Virus record (IMG/VR): IMGVR_UViG_3300027839_000006
Coordinates: 1 to 64,000 of that record
Source: a virus
Direction: 5' to 3' (one strand)
DNA: 64,000 bases
Shown: piece after piece, positions 1 to 9,147 of the stretch
Numbering within the stretch: the stretch's first letter is position 1
Layout of the letters: each line of letters starts with the position of its first letter
Program-made: the position numbers and the translations under genes
Notes under the pieces: generated by a model
Databases searched by the model: none
Told to the model about the DNA's origin: nothing
What the model saw: only the letters and a program-made list of their open reading frames with translations

Positions 1-3000
1 CGTTTACATGAGAGGGTATTTCCCTGTTCGTGGGTTGTTTCGAGATATCGGAAACGAAGCTGACATCATAGGTGCTGATGGGTCTCTGACTACTGAAGAT
101 GGTCAGATTATGATCGATGACACGTATAGCAAGCTGACCGATGAAGAGATAGCAGCCGCAGCCGCAGCCGCAGCCGCAGCCGCTACGGCTGCCCCACCAG
201 TCCCAACGGACCACACCTATACGCTCGATGATCGGTATGCGTCTGGGGAAGACATTTCGGACCACCGAAAACTCTCAACACGGGATTCAGCAACCCCGGT
301 GCCGGTAGAAGGCGATGCCGCTGCACGGGCCACTACCGCTTACGAACACAACACAACAAATGCCGACAAGTCTCAAGCGGTAGCCGAGGCGATGGTGCTG
401 GCGATGCAGGTCTCTGCCCCAGAAGCAGGTGTTACGCATCACGACAACCCAAGGACCAACATTCTCAACGCCCATGAAGGGGGGCACAGCATACACACGG
501 CGACGGGCGAGCATCCCGAGGGCACGGCCCATGATTGGAAGTTCTATTCCGGTAGCACCTTCTTGGGATCGCCTTCCGATCCAGGGCGGGACAATAGGCC
601 AGAAGATGTGGCGAGTGCCGGGGATCGGTTCAACTACACGTCCTATGCAACGGCAATCGTTATGCAGGAGCAGGGGCTCATCCCTCCTGGCGGCAACGGT
701 TGGTACAACTCATTTAGTGAACCGGGTGCGGAGGGTTCATCGGAGATTCCACATTACGATTTCAGGGAGGGTTGGGATACCAATCCCGGGAACTTCATTG
801 CGGGTTGGTATATTTCTAAAGGGGAGTCCGGCGGGCGTGGGATCACGTTCACTGGAAATCCAGATGACGCACCGGGCGGCACGTTCAGATTCCGTAGTAT
901 GTACCCCGACGAGTTGATTGCAGAGGTCGAGCGGGTACGACTGTTAGCCGCAGCCGGGAAGTTCAACGGCGTTCCATCAGCATTTTCTATCTACCAAGCT
1001 CGTTTGGATGGTGACGACAGCATTTCTTGGGACGATAGCGCCCGACATCAAGCGATATCCTCATCGGCGGCACAGGCGACCTCCGAAGGGTCTGTTATTG
1101 ACAACGCCATTATTGACGAGTCTGTAAAGGGGCTTCACACCAAGGACGCATACGACGATCTCTTTTCTTACCCCTACTATCATGTCTTCCACGGGGTCGT
1201 GACCCAGGTTGACTTTCAGTTTTCGGGTGGGTTTCAGACGGCCAGCTTGAACTGTGCTTCGATGCTTCATTTCTGGGAGTACCAGAACATGAGTACGAAC
1301 GCTTCTTTCTTCGGCGCTCGCCCTACCAACTCCAAGCTCAACTACAGCCTACTGGGGCATAACTTCACGGGGATGCACCCGTATCAGATCATCTACACGT
1401 TGTTCCACGATACGGCGGGCGCTGCGGGCGGTGTTACCCATGCCATTAGGCAGCAGACCAACGTAGACGCAAAGATCGACGGGCAGGAGTCTTTGTTCTC
1501 GTTGAACATCAAGTATTGGGAGCAGCGTTTCCAACAGAGGATGATCGGCCTTCGGATGCACGGGGTATCTGGGGCGATGTATAACACTGTTCAAGCAGCG
1601 TTCCTTGGACGGCTTTCTACGGCGAATGCCAACAACTTGTTCAAGTCTCGATACCCAGGAATCGAGGGGTCAGCCCAAGCCAGGAGTCAAGTATCCAGCA
1701 TCTTCGATCAAGCAGTTGCTTTGGGTTTGGTCCAAGGAGACCGGAGGACAGCCCAGATCGCTCGAACGAAATGCGGTCTTGATGCAGGGGGTACGCACTC
1801 GGCGATGGGTGAGGCTAACTGGGGGCAGGCCGGACCACAAGACGCGGATTCCGATGGCAATCTCGAAAAAGATGACGTTGAACTCAATATGTTTGAGATG
1901 CAGGCGTTCGTCAAAGACCTTGGGCAGCTTGGGCAGATCAATATGTTCGAGTCGGCTTATGAGTCCAAGCTCGATATTATCAACAAGGTCTGTGAGGTCA
2001 CGGGCTTTGAGTTCTTCCAAGATGTAGATGGAGATTTCGTCTTCAAGCCTCCAATGTATAACCTCGACACATCTTCCAGCCGCATCTATCGGGTCGAGGA
2101 TATCGACCTCATTAGTTGTAACTGGTCAGAGAAGGAACCCGACTGCACATACATGACGGTCAAGGGCTCTCATTTCGCCAACATCGCAGGTACGGGGTTG
2201 GATAATGAGTGGGGTGTTCAAGGGACGTTCATTGATTACAAGCTCGTAGCGCAGTTTGGATGGCGTCCCGGGTCGTTCGAGACCGCTTACTTCAATGATC
2301 CAAGACAGATGTTCTTCGCAGCCGTCAACCGCACGGACATTCTGAATGTCGGTGTAAACTCTGGCAGTGTGACGATTCCTTTACGTCCAGAGCTTCGTCC
2401 CGGTTATCCGATCTACATCGCCCACTTGGACGCCTTTTACTACTGCAACTCGTTCGCTCATGCCTACCAAGCCGGGGGTCAATGTACTACGGCTCTTCAG
2501 TTGATCGGTAAGCGGGCAAAGTTTTTCGCTCCCGGTCGTACTGACATGGAGGGTATCGATGCGATTAGATTAGAGGACATGCTTCGCCCCCCGAAGCCTT
2601 TGTCGGTTTATGAGCAGATAGACGGGGAGTATATTCATCGAATCAAGGGGTATCCGAATGTTGTGATGGCACTCGACCCCACTGCTCTCAACCCAATGTT
2701 CTTCATCACTGGGGTTGATGGGGAAGCCTTGTCTCAACCTGACACTCTTCGTTCTTTGTTGAGGGCTGCCTCCAAAATGAATCAGGTAGTTACGGAGTGT
2801 ACCTCGCCCGCTGATAAGGCGAAGGGAGAGTTCAAGTATACGACGGGCGAGGGGACCAACATCACGACTACTTATATCACCATTGATCCAGAAGGTTCCG
2901 CCCGTGGTGAGGTTCGTTCAGACGGCCAGCTTGGTGGCTACACCACGGGAAGTGTCGGTGGAACCGTCGAGCTTTCTAATGTTGCGGCAGAGCGTGAAGA

Positions 3001-6000
3001 GATTTTGAGCACATCAGCCCCGGCTGCTGCTTCTTCTGCTGCATCAATCCGAGATCTTTCAGCCCAAATGGCGGCGAATAAGACAAGCCAAGCCAAACTC
3101 AAGAAGACTATGAAGTCTACCCCGATGGGGATAGCCCCAGCCCCGGTGCGTGGTAAGCCCACGCAGGGGACGCTCAACGACCACGCTAACTTTGCGACTC
3201 GGAGCGGCTTGGAACAGGATCTCGCCGAACTCTCTGCCGATTGGATAAAGCTGGATGCTGAACATACAGCATTACAGTCCCAGTATGCAGCTTCTCAAGA
3301 GGCTCATATCACCTCCAAGTTGACAGGTGCGACTGCAACGGCTGAACAACAGATGCTATCGGATATCATCAAGCTGGCAAGCCAGCACTTCAGTAGAGGG
3401 GAAGCTGCACGTTCCGGTTGGAACGATCTGGATAGCTCTTCCAACCTGTTGGATTTGATCAGCAACAAGAAGGCTATCTTCACGAATGGGGAACTCCCTG
3501 GACAGTATCGGTATTACTCATCAGCGGCCCCCACGGCTGATGATCAAGGTGACGCTTGGGATCTTATCCCCCCAGTAGGGACCGCCGCCCCCTTGGCAGA
3601 CCGAAGTCTAACTGGAGCAGGGGGGAATCTCAATCAAGCTACGAATACCCAATGGCTAACAGGTGCAAGGATCACGACGCCTTCACGGGAGCTAATGCCC
3701 CCCGAAGCAGCATTGGGCAGTGGAACCATCTTCAAGGGCTTGTATGTCGAAAGACATCCTGGCACTCGGGAGGTGATGGCAACCGAAGACATCCATCAGC
3801 TAATGTTCTCGATCCATAAGGTCAAAAAGAAGTTCCGTGTCGAGAGACAAGGGGTCAGGGTCAATCAATCAGCAAATATCACTTTTCAGCAGCTTGTAAA
3901 CGCCATTACGCAGATGTGGGCCCACACTTCGGCTGGGGGCCAGCGTGCTGACGATTGGGGGACCAGTGGATATTGGCCCGCCACAATCCCCGATGCTGAT
4001 TGGCGGGGCGGCAAGCCAGAAGGATCGACAGCGATGGCTAAGGGGGCCGCCGGGAACAAGGGAAGGATAAGTTGTGCATATGCACAAGTTCGACATCTGA
4101 TTTTTGGAGACACAGGCGGCACCTCGACAACTAACCCTGCCTACCGTTATCAACTCGAAGATGCCGGGGTGAATGGAACGGGAAGTATCTGGCTTCGGCC
4201 CATGTGTTTGTGGCACACACTCAACGAACTCATCCTGGATCACGACGACTCCGCCATGTTCGACCGGGCATCGGAGAAGCCGGACAAATGGACGTTCCAA
4301 GGGTCAAAGTCATCGCCGGATAGGGCATGGGACAGCGGTGCTGGGATGCAGGTTCCAAAACTCTGTATGTATAGGGGCAGTTCCAGTAACGACCAGATGA
4401 CCGCTTGGGCATACGTCTCCAAGCCAGCCTATTCGCTTGTACAGTCCTGGTCGATGGGCCAACCCGGGCTGATCACCTCCTGGGGCGCTAACAACTGCGG
4501 ACTTCCCACATGGGGCTTACGGGGCGGAGCAACCTTTCTCGATGATAACGCCTGCCCTGTGGCTATTCCTGTCAACATGACCATGAAGCAAGTTTTTTGC
4601 TGGCATTGGGACTTTGGTTTTGAGAACGGTCAGACTGGAAAAGCTGCGTTGCAATCCAAGCATTACACAGGCAGCAACGCCCCCTTCCGCAAGATAGCTT
4701 TCGAGCCAAAATACCCCGACAGGTGTTGTCAAATCCATCAACCCGGTTGGTATATTCATGGCGCATCACACTTCCCAGCGAATAGCGTAAGAGTCGGCAA
4801 TCTCAACAACGAGGATATAATGAACCTCTCTGCTCGATTTCAAGGCACCGAGGGTTACGCTTATTCGCTGTTCGGTACCGAGACAGATAGCGAGATGTGG
4901 CCGAACGTCGCTTGGGGTCAGATAGCGGGGGACAAAACATGGGGCATGACATTGGGCCTCATCATGTCAAGGGGGCTTGCGGTCGCCCCGTACAATAGAC
5001 AAGAGGTCTTTGAGGCTTTCCAGAGGGGTGCCATTCAGCAGTATGCGGCGGGGGTTTACAACATCTGGAAGAAAGCCAAGAGGTCGGGTTCGAGGGTCTT
5101 TTCTGGTGTCAACAGGATCATGTCAGATGTTTTTGATATTTCCGTCAACTCGACGGTGCGCCAAGACTATGTGACGGATTCTTGGAAGACTGTTGAGACG
5201 CAAGCTCCAGTGTTTCCTGTCAGCGATGCCAAAGGCTACACGGTGGTTGGAAACTATCGTTATGGCCGTGGATTGGACATCCTCGCTGACAACCCCATGC
5301 AAAACATGCAAAAGGTCGATCCTACAAGTGCTATCGACAAGAAGTACGTTGACGACTTTGTGCAGTCTTTGGTGTCAGGCACCCACAACCCTGACGAACA
5401 AGCGGTGATTGCCGATTCGAGTCGTGTGGTGACAGACCAGATTGCTAACTACTCATCGATGAGCGGCCAGGAGCAGTCGATCTACAACTTGGAAGTAGCT
5501 CTGGCTAACAACTTCTCCGCACAGGAGATCATTGATTATGGGCTTGGTCAATGGGATACCGAGGCTGACCATTTCGACCTCAACTTCCAGAACTGGTTGG
5601 CTAATAAGCAGTTTGAGGGCACCCAAAAGCTCGTCGTAGAGAACGCCGCCTATTCGTTAGCAGACCTTGGTTCTATTGTTGACGATCTGCCACCAGCCAG
5701 CGCCCATCGAGGTGCCGAGTCGTCTGTGGCGATGCGTGCCTTCAGCACAGACTTCGCCAACGTGCTTGCCCAGCAGGACATGGGCATGGCGGAGGCTTTC
5801 TCCGAGCTTGACTTCGGCTCTGACGGTAAGCCTTTGTTGGATGCCCCTTCAGTTGGACAAGTTCTCGAACAGGGGAGCAAGACCCCTCTGTGGCAAGATT
5901 ACCAAGCAGCGATTCGTGGCTACGTGAGTGAGAACTTATCTGGAGACAATGGTCCCTTCAGTGATGCCTGGGGTGACTTCCAAGACACTATCAATAAATC

Positions 6001-6106
6001 CGTTGCCGGTACGCAGGCCGCAGGTGCCGCTTTTGACCAAGCCGTTGATAATGAGAAAGCGGCGTCTGAAGCTGTAAAGACCTTTGACTGGGACACCGAG
6101 GATTAG
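1..6106 (+). CDS. Giant baseplate hub protein (T4 gp27 / P2 gpD / Mu gp44-like fold) with inserted domains; probably 5'-truncated (>=2032 aa)
   Basis: The frame is open back to the window edge (gtt tac atg = V-Y-M), so ATG at 8 may be internal. Hub-type segments: VFHGVVTQVDFQFSGG...LNC, ESKLDIINKVCEVTGFEFFQDVDGDFVFKPP, SGSVTIPLRPELRPGYPIYI...YYCNSFAH...TTALQL. It lies directly upstream of the spike gene, as in Mu gp44-gp45. Confidence 0.75.
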   Translation, partial: VYMRGYFPVRGLFRDIGNEADIIGADGSLTTEDGQIMIDDTYSKLTDEEIAAAAAAAAAAATAAPPVPTDHTYTLDDRYASGEDISDHRKLSTRDSATPVPVEGDAAARATTAYEHNTTNADKSQAVAEAMVLAMQVSAPEAGVTHHDNPRTNILNAHEGGHSIHTATGEHPEGTAHDWKFYSGSTFLGSPSDPGRDNRPEDVASAGDRFNYTSYATAIVMQEQGLIPPGGNGWYNSFSEPGAEGSSEIPHYDFREGWDTNPGNFIAGWYISKGESGGRGITFTGNPDDAPGGTFRFRSMYPDELIAEVERVRLLAAAGKFNGVPSAFSIYQARLDGDDSISWDDSARHQAISSSAAQATSEGSVIDNAIIDESVKGLHTKDAYDDLFSYPYYHVFHGVVTQVDFQFSGGFQTASLNCASMLHFWEYQNMSTNASFFGARPTNSKLNYSLLGHNFTGMHPYQIIYTLFHDTAGAAGGVTHAIRQQTNVDAKIDGQESLFSLNIKYWEQRFQQRMIGLRMHGVSGAMYNTVQAAFLGRLSTANANNLFKSRYPGIEGSAQARSQVSSIFDQAVALGLVQGDRRTAQIARTKCGLDAGGTHSAMGEANWGQAGPQDADSDGNLEKDDVELNMFEMQAFVKDLGQLGQINMFESAYESKLDIINKVCEVTGFEFFQDVDGDFVFKPPMYNLDTSSSRIYRVEDIDLISCNWSEKEPDCTYMTVKGSHFANIAGTGLDNEWGVQGTFIDYKLVAQFGWRPGSFETAYFNDPRQMFFAAVNRTDILNVGVNSGSVTIPLRPELRPGYPIYIAHLDAFYYCNSFAHAYQAGGQCTTALQLIGKRAKFFAPGRTDMEGIDAIRLEDMLRPPKPLSVYEQIDGEYIHRIKGYPNVVMALDPTALNPMFFITGVDGEALSQPDTLRSLLRAASKMNQVVTECTSPADKAKGEFKYTTGEGTNITTTYITIDPEGSARGEVRSDGQLGGYTTGSVGGTVELSNVAAEREEILSTSAPAAASSAASIRDLSAQMAANKTSQAKLKKTMKSTPMGIAPAPVRGKPTQGTLNDHANFATRSGLEQDLAELSADWIKLDAEHTALQSQYAASQEAHITSKLTGATATAEQQMLSDIIKLASQHFSRGEAARSGWNDLDSSSNLLDLISNKKAIFTNGELPGQYRYYSSAAPTADDQGDAWDLIPPVGTAAPLADRSLTGAGGNLNQATNTQWLTGARITTPSRELMPPEAALGSGTIFKGLYVERHPGTREVMATEDIHQLMFSIHKVKKKFRVERQGVRVNQSANITFQQLVNAITQMWAHTSAGGQRADDWGTSGYWPATIPDADWRGGKPEGSTAMAKGAAGNKGRISCAYAQVRHLIFGDTGGTSTTNPAYRYQLEDAGVNGTGSIWLRPMCLWHTLNELILDHDDSAMFDRASEKPDKWTFQGSKSSPDRAWDSGAGMQVPKLCMYRGSSSNDQMTAWAYVSKPAYSLVQSWSMGQPGLITSWGANNCGLPTWGLRGGATFLDDNACPVAIPVNMTMKQVFCWHWDFGFENGQTGKAALQSKHYTGSNAPFRKIAFEPKYPDRCCQIHQPGWYIHGASHFPANSVRVGNLNNEDIMNLSARFQGTEGYAYSLFGTETDSEMWPNVAWGQIAGDKTWGMTLGLIMSRGLAVAPYNRQEVFEAFQRGAIQQYAAGVYNIWKKAKRSGSRVFSGVNRIMSDVFDISVNSTVRQDYVTDSWKTVETQAPVFPVSDAKGYTVVGNYRYGRGLDILADNPMQNMQKVDPTSAIDKKYVDDFVQSLVSGTHNPDEQAVIADSSRVVTDQIANYSSMSGQEQSIYNLEVALANNFSAQEIIDYGLGQWDTEADHFDLNFQNWLANKQFEGTQKLVVENAAYSLADLGSIVDDLPPASAHRGAESSVAMRAFSTDFANVLAQQDMGMAEAFSELDFGSDGKPLLDAPSVGQVLEQGSKTPLWQDYQAAIRGYVSENLSGDNGPFSDAWGDFQDTINKSVAGTQAAGAAFDQAVDNEKAASEAVKTFDWDTED
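152..181 (+). repeat. (GCAGCC)x5 in-frame microsatellite encoding poly-Ala
   Basis: Five exact GCAGCC units give EEIAAAAAAAAAAATAAPP in the hub protein. Confidence 0.95.
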
Positions 6107-6107
6107 C

Positions 6108-8546
6108 ATGTTTGCAACATCACCATTTTCTGGATTTTCTACTTTTACTTCTTACCAGGGGCATCACCAGCTTCAACAAGCAAAGGCCCGTAAGAAGCTC
6201 CAAGAGGCACAACCGAGTCGAAACCCCCATTTGGGGGTGGGTCAAGTTGTCAACGTCAACTACGAAGAGTTTTTCGTTACGCTTCGTATTGTCATTGGGG
6301 ACGACTTTCAGAATCAACGTGTTCCTGTTCCAATCACTTTTCCTGGGGCTGGGGCACGACATTTCTTTGGATCAATGCCAGAGGTTGGAGACAACTGCGT
6401 GGTTGGTTGGATGCCCCAAGAGAGCGGGGGTGCCGGACCGAGAGATAATGAAGGAACCAAAACACCAGTAATCCTGGCTTGGATTCCACCCGGGGCTTGG
6501 CTTGGACACGACTGGGTTATTACCTCTCCCTTCACCGCCGACGAAGAAAGGATGGGACCACGGGGAGCGGCGATGGTCGAGGGGCAGTTCGCCCGTACTC
6601 GACACAAGAGGATGCACCTACGACCTGGGGATATTGGAGCAAGCTCTTCCAAAGGGTCAGACATCCTGTTGAATGAAGGGGTTTACATTACGAACCGTAA
6701 GGCGAATGAGCTACGGTTGAGAGACCAAGACCAAGCCTTTGTTGTTCGGTCACAGCAACAGTTTCATGTCATGTCAGGGGCACGGGTCTATGCGGGCATG
6801 ATCCAACGAGATGCCCACCTTCTTCAATCTGCCGTGTTCCATTCGAGGGGCTGGGCCACCGACCAGACAATGATGGGTAAAGACCAGAGCGGTGGGGGTG
6901 AACCTTGGATGGCAGGTTCGGCAATAGGTGCTCCCGATGCCGCCATTGATTTCTTGCGTATGCCTCGACCGCCTAATGTACGGTTTGAACCGATTTTGGC
7001 GTCCATAAAGGGGAAGACTGGGACTGACCCCGACAAAAAAGCCGTTTATGGGGGCAAGCCCATCTTTCGGGTCGCCTATAACGAACAAGGGTACACCAAT
7101 AATGCAGAGCTAACAGGTGCCAAGGCGTTCTCCGAGTATCGTATTGAAGTAGACCACACGACGGATGGGATACTTCCGGTTTCAGAACAGACAGAAGGGG
7201 TTGATCTTGACCGAATGTCGGGTAACCGTGGGCAGGCTTTCATTGAGTTTGCATTAGGGACCGTGGTCGGGAACAACGCCTTCAATGCAGACCGTGCTTT
7301 GTACGGGGTTCCGTTGAGGCCAGTGGTGTTTGACGGGCCGACTGCTACTCCTTCGATTTCTTCGGCTGCTGGCTTTGAACTCGGTGAACAAGCGGCCACG
7401 TTGTTTCGGGTACACCCAGTAGCTCCCGGGGATAAGTCACAGCACTCTGGAAGTTCATGGACATCTTTCACGAAGGACGGTCGATTCAAGGCCAGGATTG
7501 GGGGTCCAGAGGGAACCAACAGTGTCGAAGTGTCTGTTGCCGGGACGACTCGATTTGATACCGCAGGCTTGAATCTTTCAGTTGTGGGGCCTCTCGATTT
7601 ATCTTCTGGACCTGGGACAGATGGCGAGAACGTAGGGCTTCGACTCGGGTCGGCGGCAGGCGCAGTTGTCATTGAGTCTGGCGGGAAAATCGAAGGCGTT
7701 AGGGCAGTCAAAGCACTCCAAGAACCAGAAAGCGATAGCCCGATGGCAGCCGGTGCCCCAAAGGCCATCCCGAGTATGCTTCTCAAGGGCCAAGAGCTTC
7801 ACATGGAGTCAGAAGAGGGGGTTCTTATCGGGGCAGGCGGTTCCGCTACCATCACTGCGAAGTCTGGGATCTCTCTGAACTCACCCGGTCAGCAGATCAA
7901 CCTCAACGCAGGGGATGGGACCATTATCCTCCGTGCAAATGAGGTCCAACACGTTGCGATGGGGCGGGAGACCCAAAAATACTCGGGAGCTAATGGAGAT
8001 CGGATCACCGAGCTTCCTATGCGTCATACGAGCTTCACCGCAGGAGGCCCCATCTCCAATGGCGTCTGTTTCTATGAGGTTGTCGATGAAGTGGAGTACG
8101 CCAATGGCGGCAAACGGACCTCCTACGACTATGGGGACCGAGAATCGGTCTACAACATTGGGGCCGAGAAGACGATCTGCAAGACTGGCAAGGTCACTTG
8201 GGACGCTAACACGACCAGCAAGGATATTCCTGGGCTCAACCAAGTGACTTTTGGGGCCACTATTGGATTCATGGCCGAGATGCAGGTCGGTTCTGTGAAG
8301 ATGACTTCAACGGTAGGTTCCGCCAAGGTCGGGAGTAAGACAAAGACGACCATCGCTGCCTTGGGGCAGTGTGCCGTTGAGGGCAATACGATTGCTATGT
8401 CAGCCCCCGGAAGCCCTCTTGATAGTGGCGGGGTCATCTGTTCCGGCCACATCCACCCCATTATTGGGCAGCCCTTGGGTAGTATTATGTGTGGAAAAAT
8501 GGGTTCGATGACCATCACTATTAGGGTTGGAGCGTCAGCAGGATGA
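6108..8546 (+). CDS. Baseplate central spike (gp5/gpV/VgrG-like OB-fold plus beta-helix), about 812 aa
   Basis: ATG at 6108 follows GAGGA and the hub stop; the track's 6084 start overlaps the hub. OB-fold motif GQVVNVNYEE...VPITFPGAG...FFGSMPEVGDNCVVGW, a C-terminal run of short Gly/Ser/Thr-rich beta repeats, and an HxH motif (GHIHP) near the C-terminus. Confidence 0.8.
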   Translation: MFATSPFSGFSTFTSYQGHHQLQQAKARKKLQEAQPSRNPHLGVGQVVNVNYEEFFVTLRIVIGDDFQNQRVPVPITFPGAGARHFFGSMPEVGDNCVVGWMPQESGGAGPRDNEGTKTPVILAWIPPGAWLGHDWVITSPFTADEERMGPRGAAMVEGQFARTRHKRMHLRPGDIGASSSKGSDILLNEGVYITNRKANELRLRDQDQAFVVRSQQQFHVMSGARVYAGMIQRDAHLLQSAVFHSRGWATDQTMMGKDQSGGGEPWMAGSAIGAPDAAIDFLRMPRPPNVRFEPILASIKGKTGTDPDKKAVYGGKPIFRVAYNEQGYTNNAELTGAKAFSEYRIEVDHTTDGILPVSEQTEGVDLDRMSGNRGQAFIEFALGTVVGNNAFNADRALYGVPLRPVVFDGPTATPSISSAAGFELGEQAATLFRVHPVAPGDKSQHSGSSWTSFTKDGRFKARIGGPEGTNSVEVSVAGTTRFDTAGLNLSVVGPLDLSSGPGTDGENVGLRLGSAAGAVVIESGGKIEGVRAVKALQEPESDSPMAAGAPKAIPSMLLKGQELHMESEEGVLIGAGGSATITAKSGISLNSPGQQINLNAGDGTIILRANEVQHVAMGRETQKYSGANGDRITELPMRHTSFTAGGPISNGVCFYEVVDEVEYANGGKRTSYDYGDRESVYNIGAEKTICKTGKVTWDANTTSKDIPGLNQVTFGATIGFMAEMQVGSVKMTSTVGSAKVGSKTKTTIAALGQCAVEGNTIAMSAPGSPLDSGGVICSGHIHPIIGQPLGSIMCGKMGSMTITIRVGASAG

Positions 8547-9133
8547 GTGTTTCAACGATAGGGCTACCTCTCGCTTGTGCTGGCACTGGCACTGCTTACT
8601 CTTGGACTGGATCAGCAGGCGTTTCTTTCACCAGCGCCTTTGGGCGAGCGGTGAACTGGTGGCTTGGTCAGGGTACTTCTGTTCGACTTACCGGCGCTGT
8701 CATTGGGCTGATGGGAACCGGACAGGTGACGGGGAAGCTCATCATCTCCCCCGCCACCGGAGCCTATATGAGCTTCTTGTCTGCCTTTTCGATCACGGGG
8801 ATTCAAGCTCAAACGCTGGCAAGCATCTGCTCGCTCGGAGTTGTTGCAGGAGCCTCGACGACAGGTCTCTACAAAGGAGACTCCATCGGGGTCGCAACTG
8901 GTGTGGACTTGGGTAAGGTGACACTGGCAGATCCAACCACGTTGGCGGGGAGGATCATTGTGGAGTGGGGCAGCGGGCAGATCTATGGAGTGTGTATGAC
9001 GAGTCTTGCGAGCGCCCTGGCTTCTGGTGCAAGCGTCCAGACGTTGACGGGTATCGGTATAGGGGCCGTCACCCCGAAAGGTCCGGTTGCCCCCTGGCCT
9101 GGGGGCGGGGCTTCAACTTCAACTGTGCTTTAG
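8543..9133 (+). CDS. Gly/Ala/Thr-rich hypothetical virion protein, 196 aa; possible spike-associated tip protein
   Basis: ATGA overlap with the spike stop, GGAG upstream, and three loosely similar internal segments. Confidence 0.7.
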   Translation: MSVSTIGLPLACAGTGTAYSWTGSAGVSFTSAFGRAVNWWLGQGTSVRLTGAVIGLMGTGQVTGKLIISPATGAYMSFLSAFSITGIQAQTLASICSLGVVAGASTTGLYKGDSIGVATGVDLGKVTLADPTTLAGRIIVEWGSGQIYGVCMTSLASALASGASVQTLTGIGIGAVTPKGPVAPWPGGGASTSTVL

Positions 9134-9147
9134 ATGGTGGCTGATAG

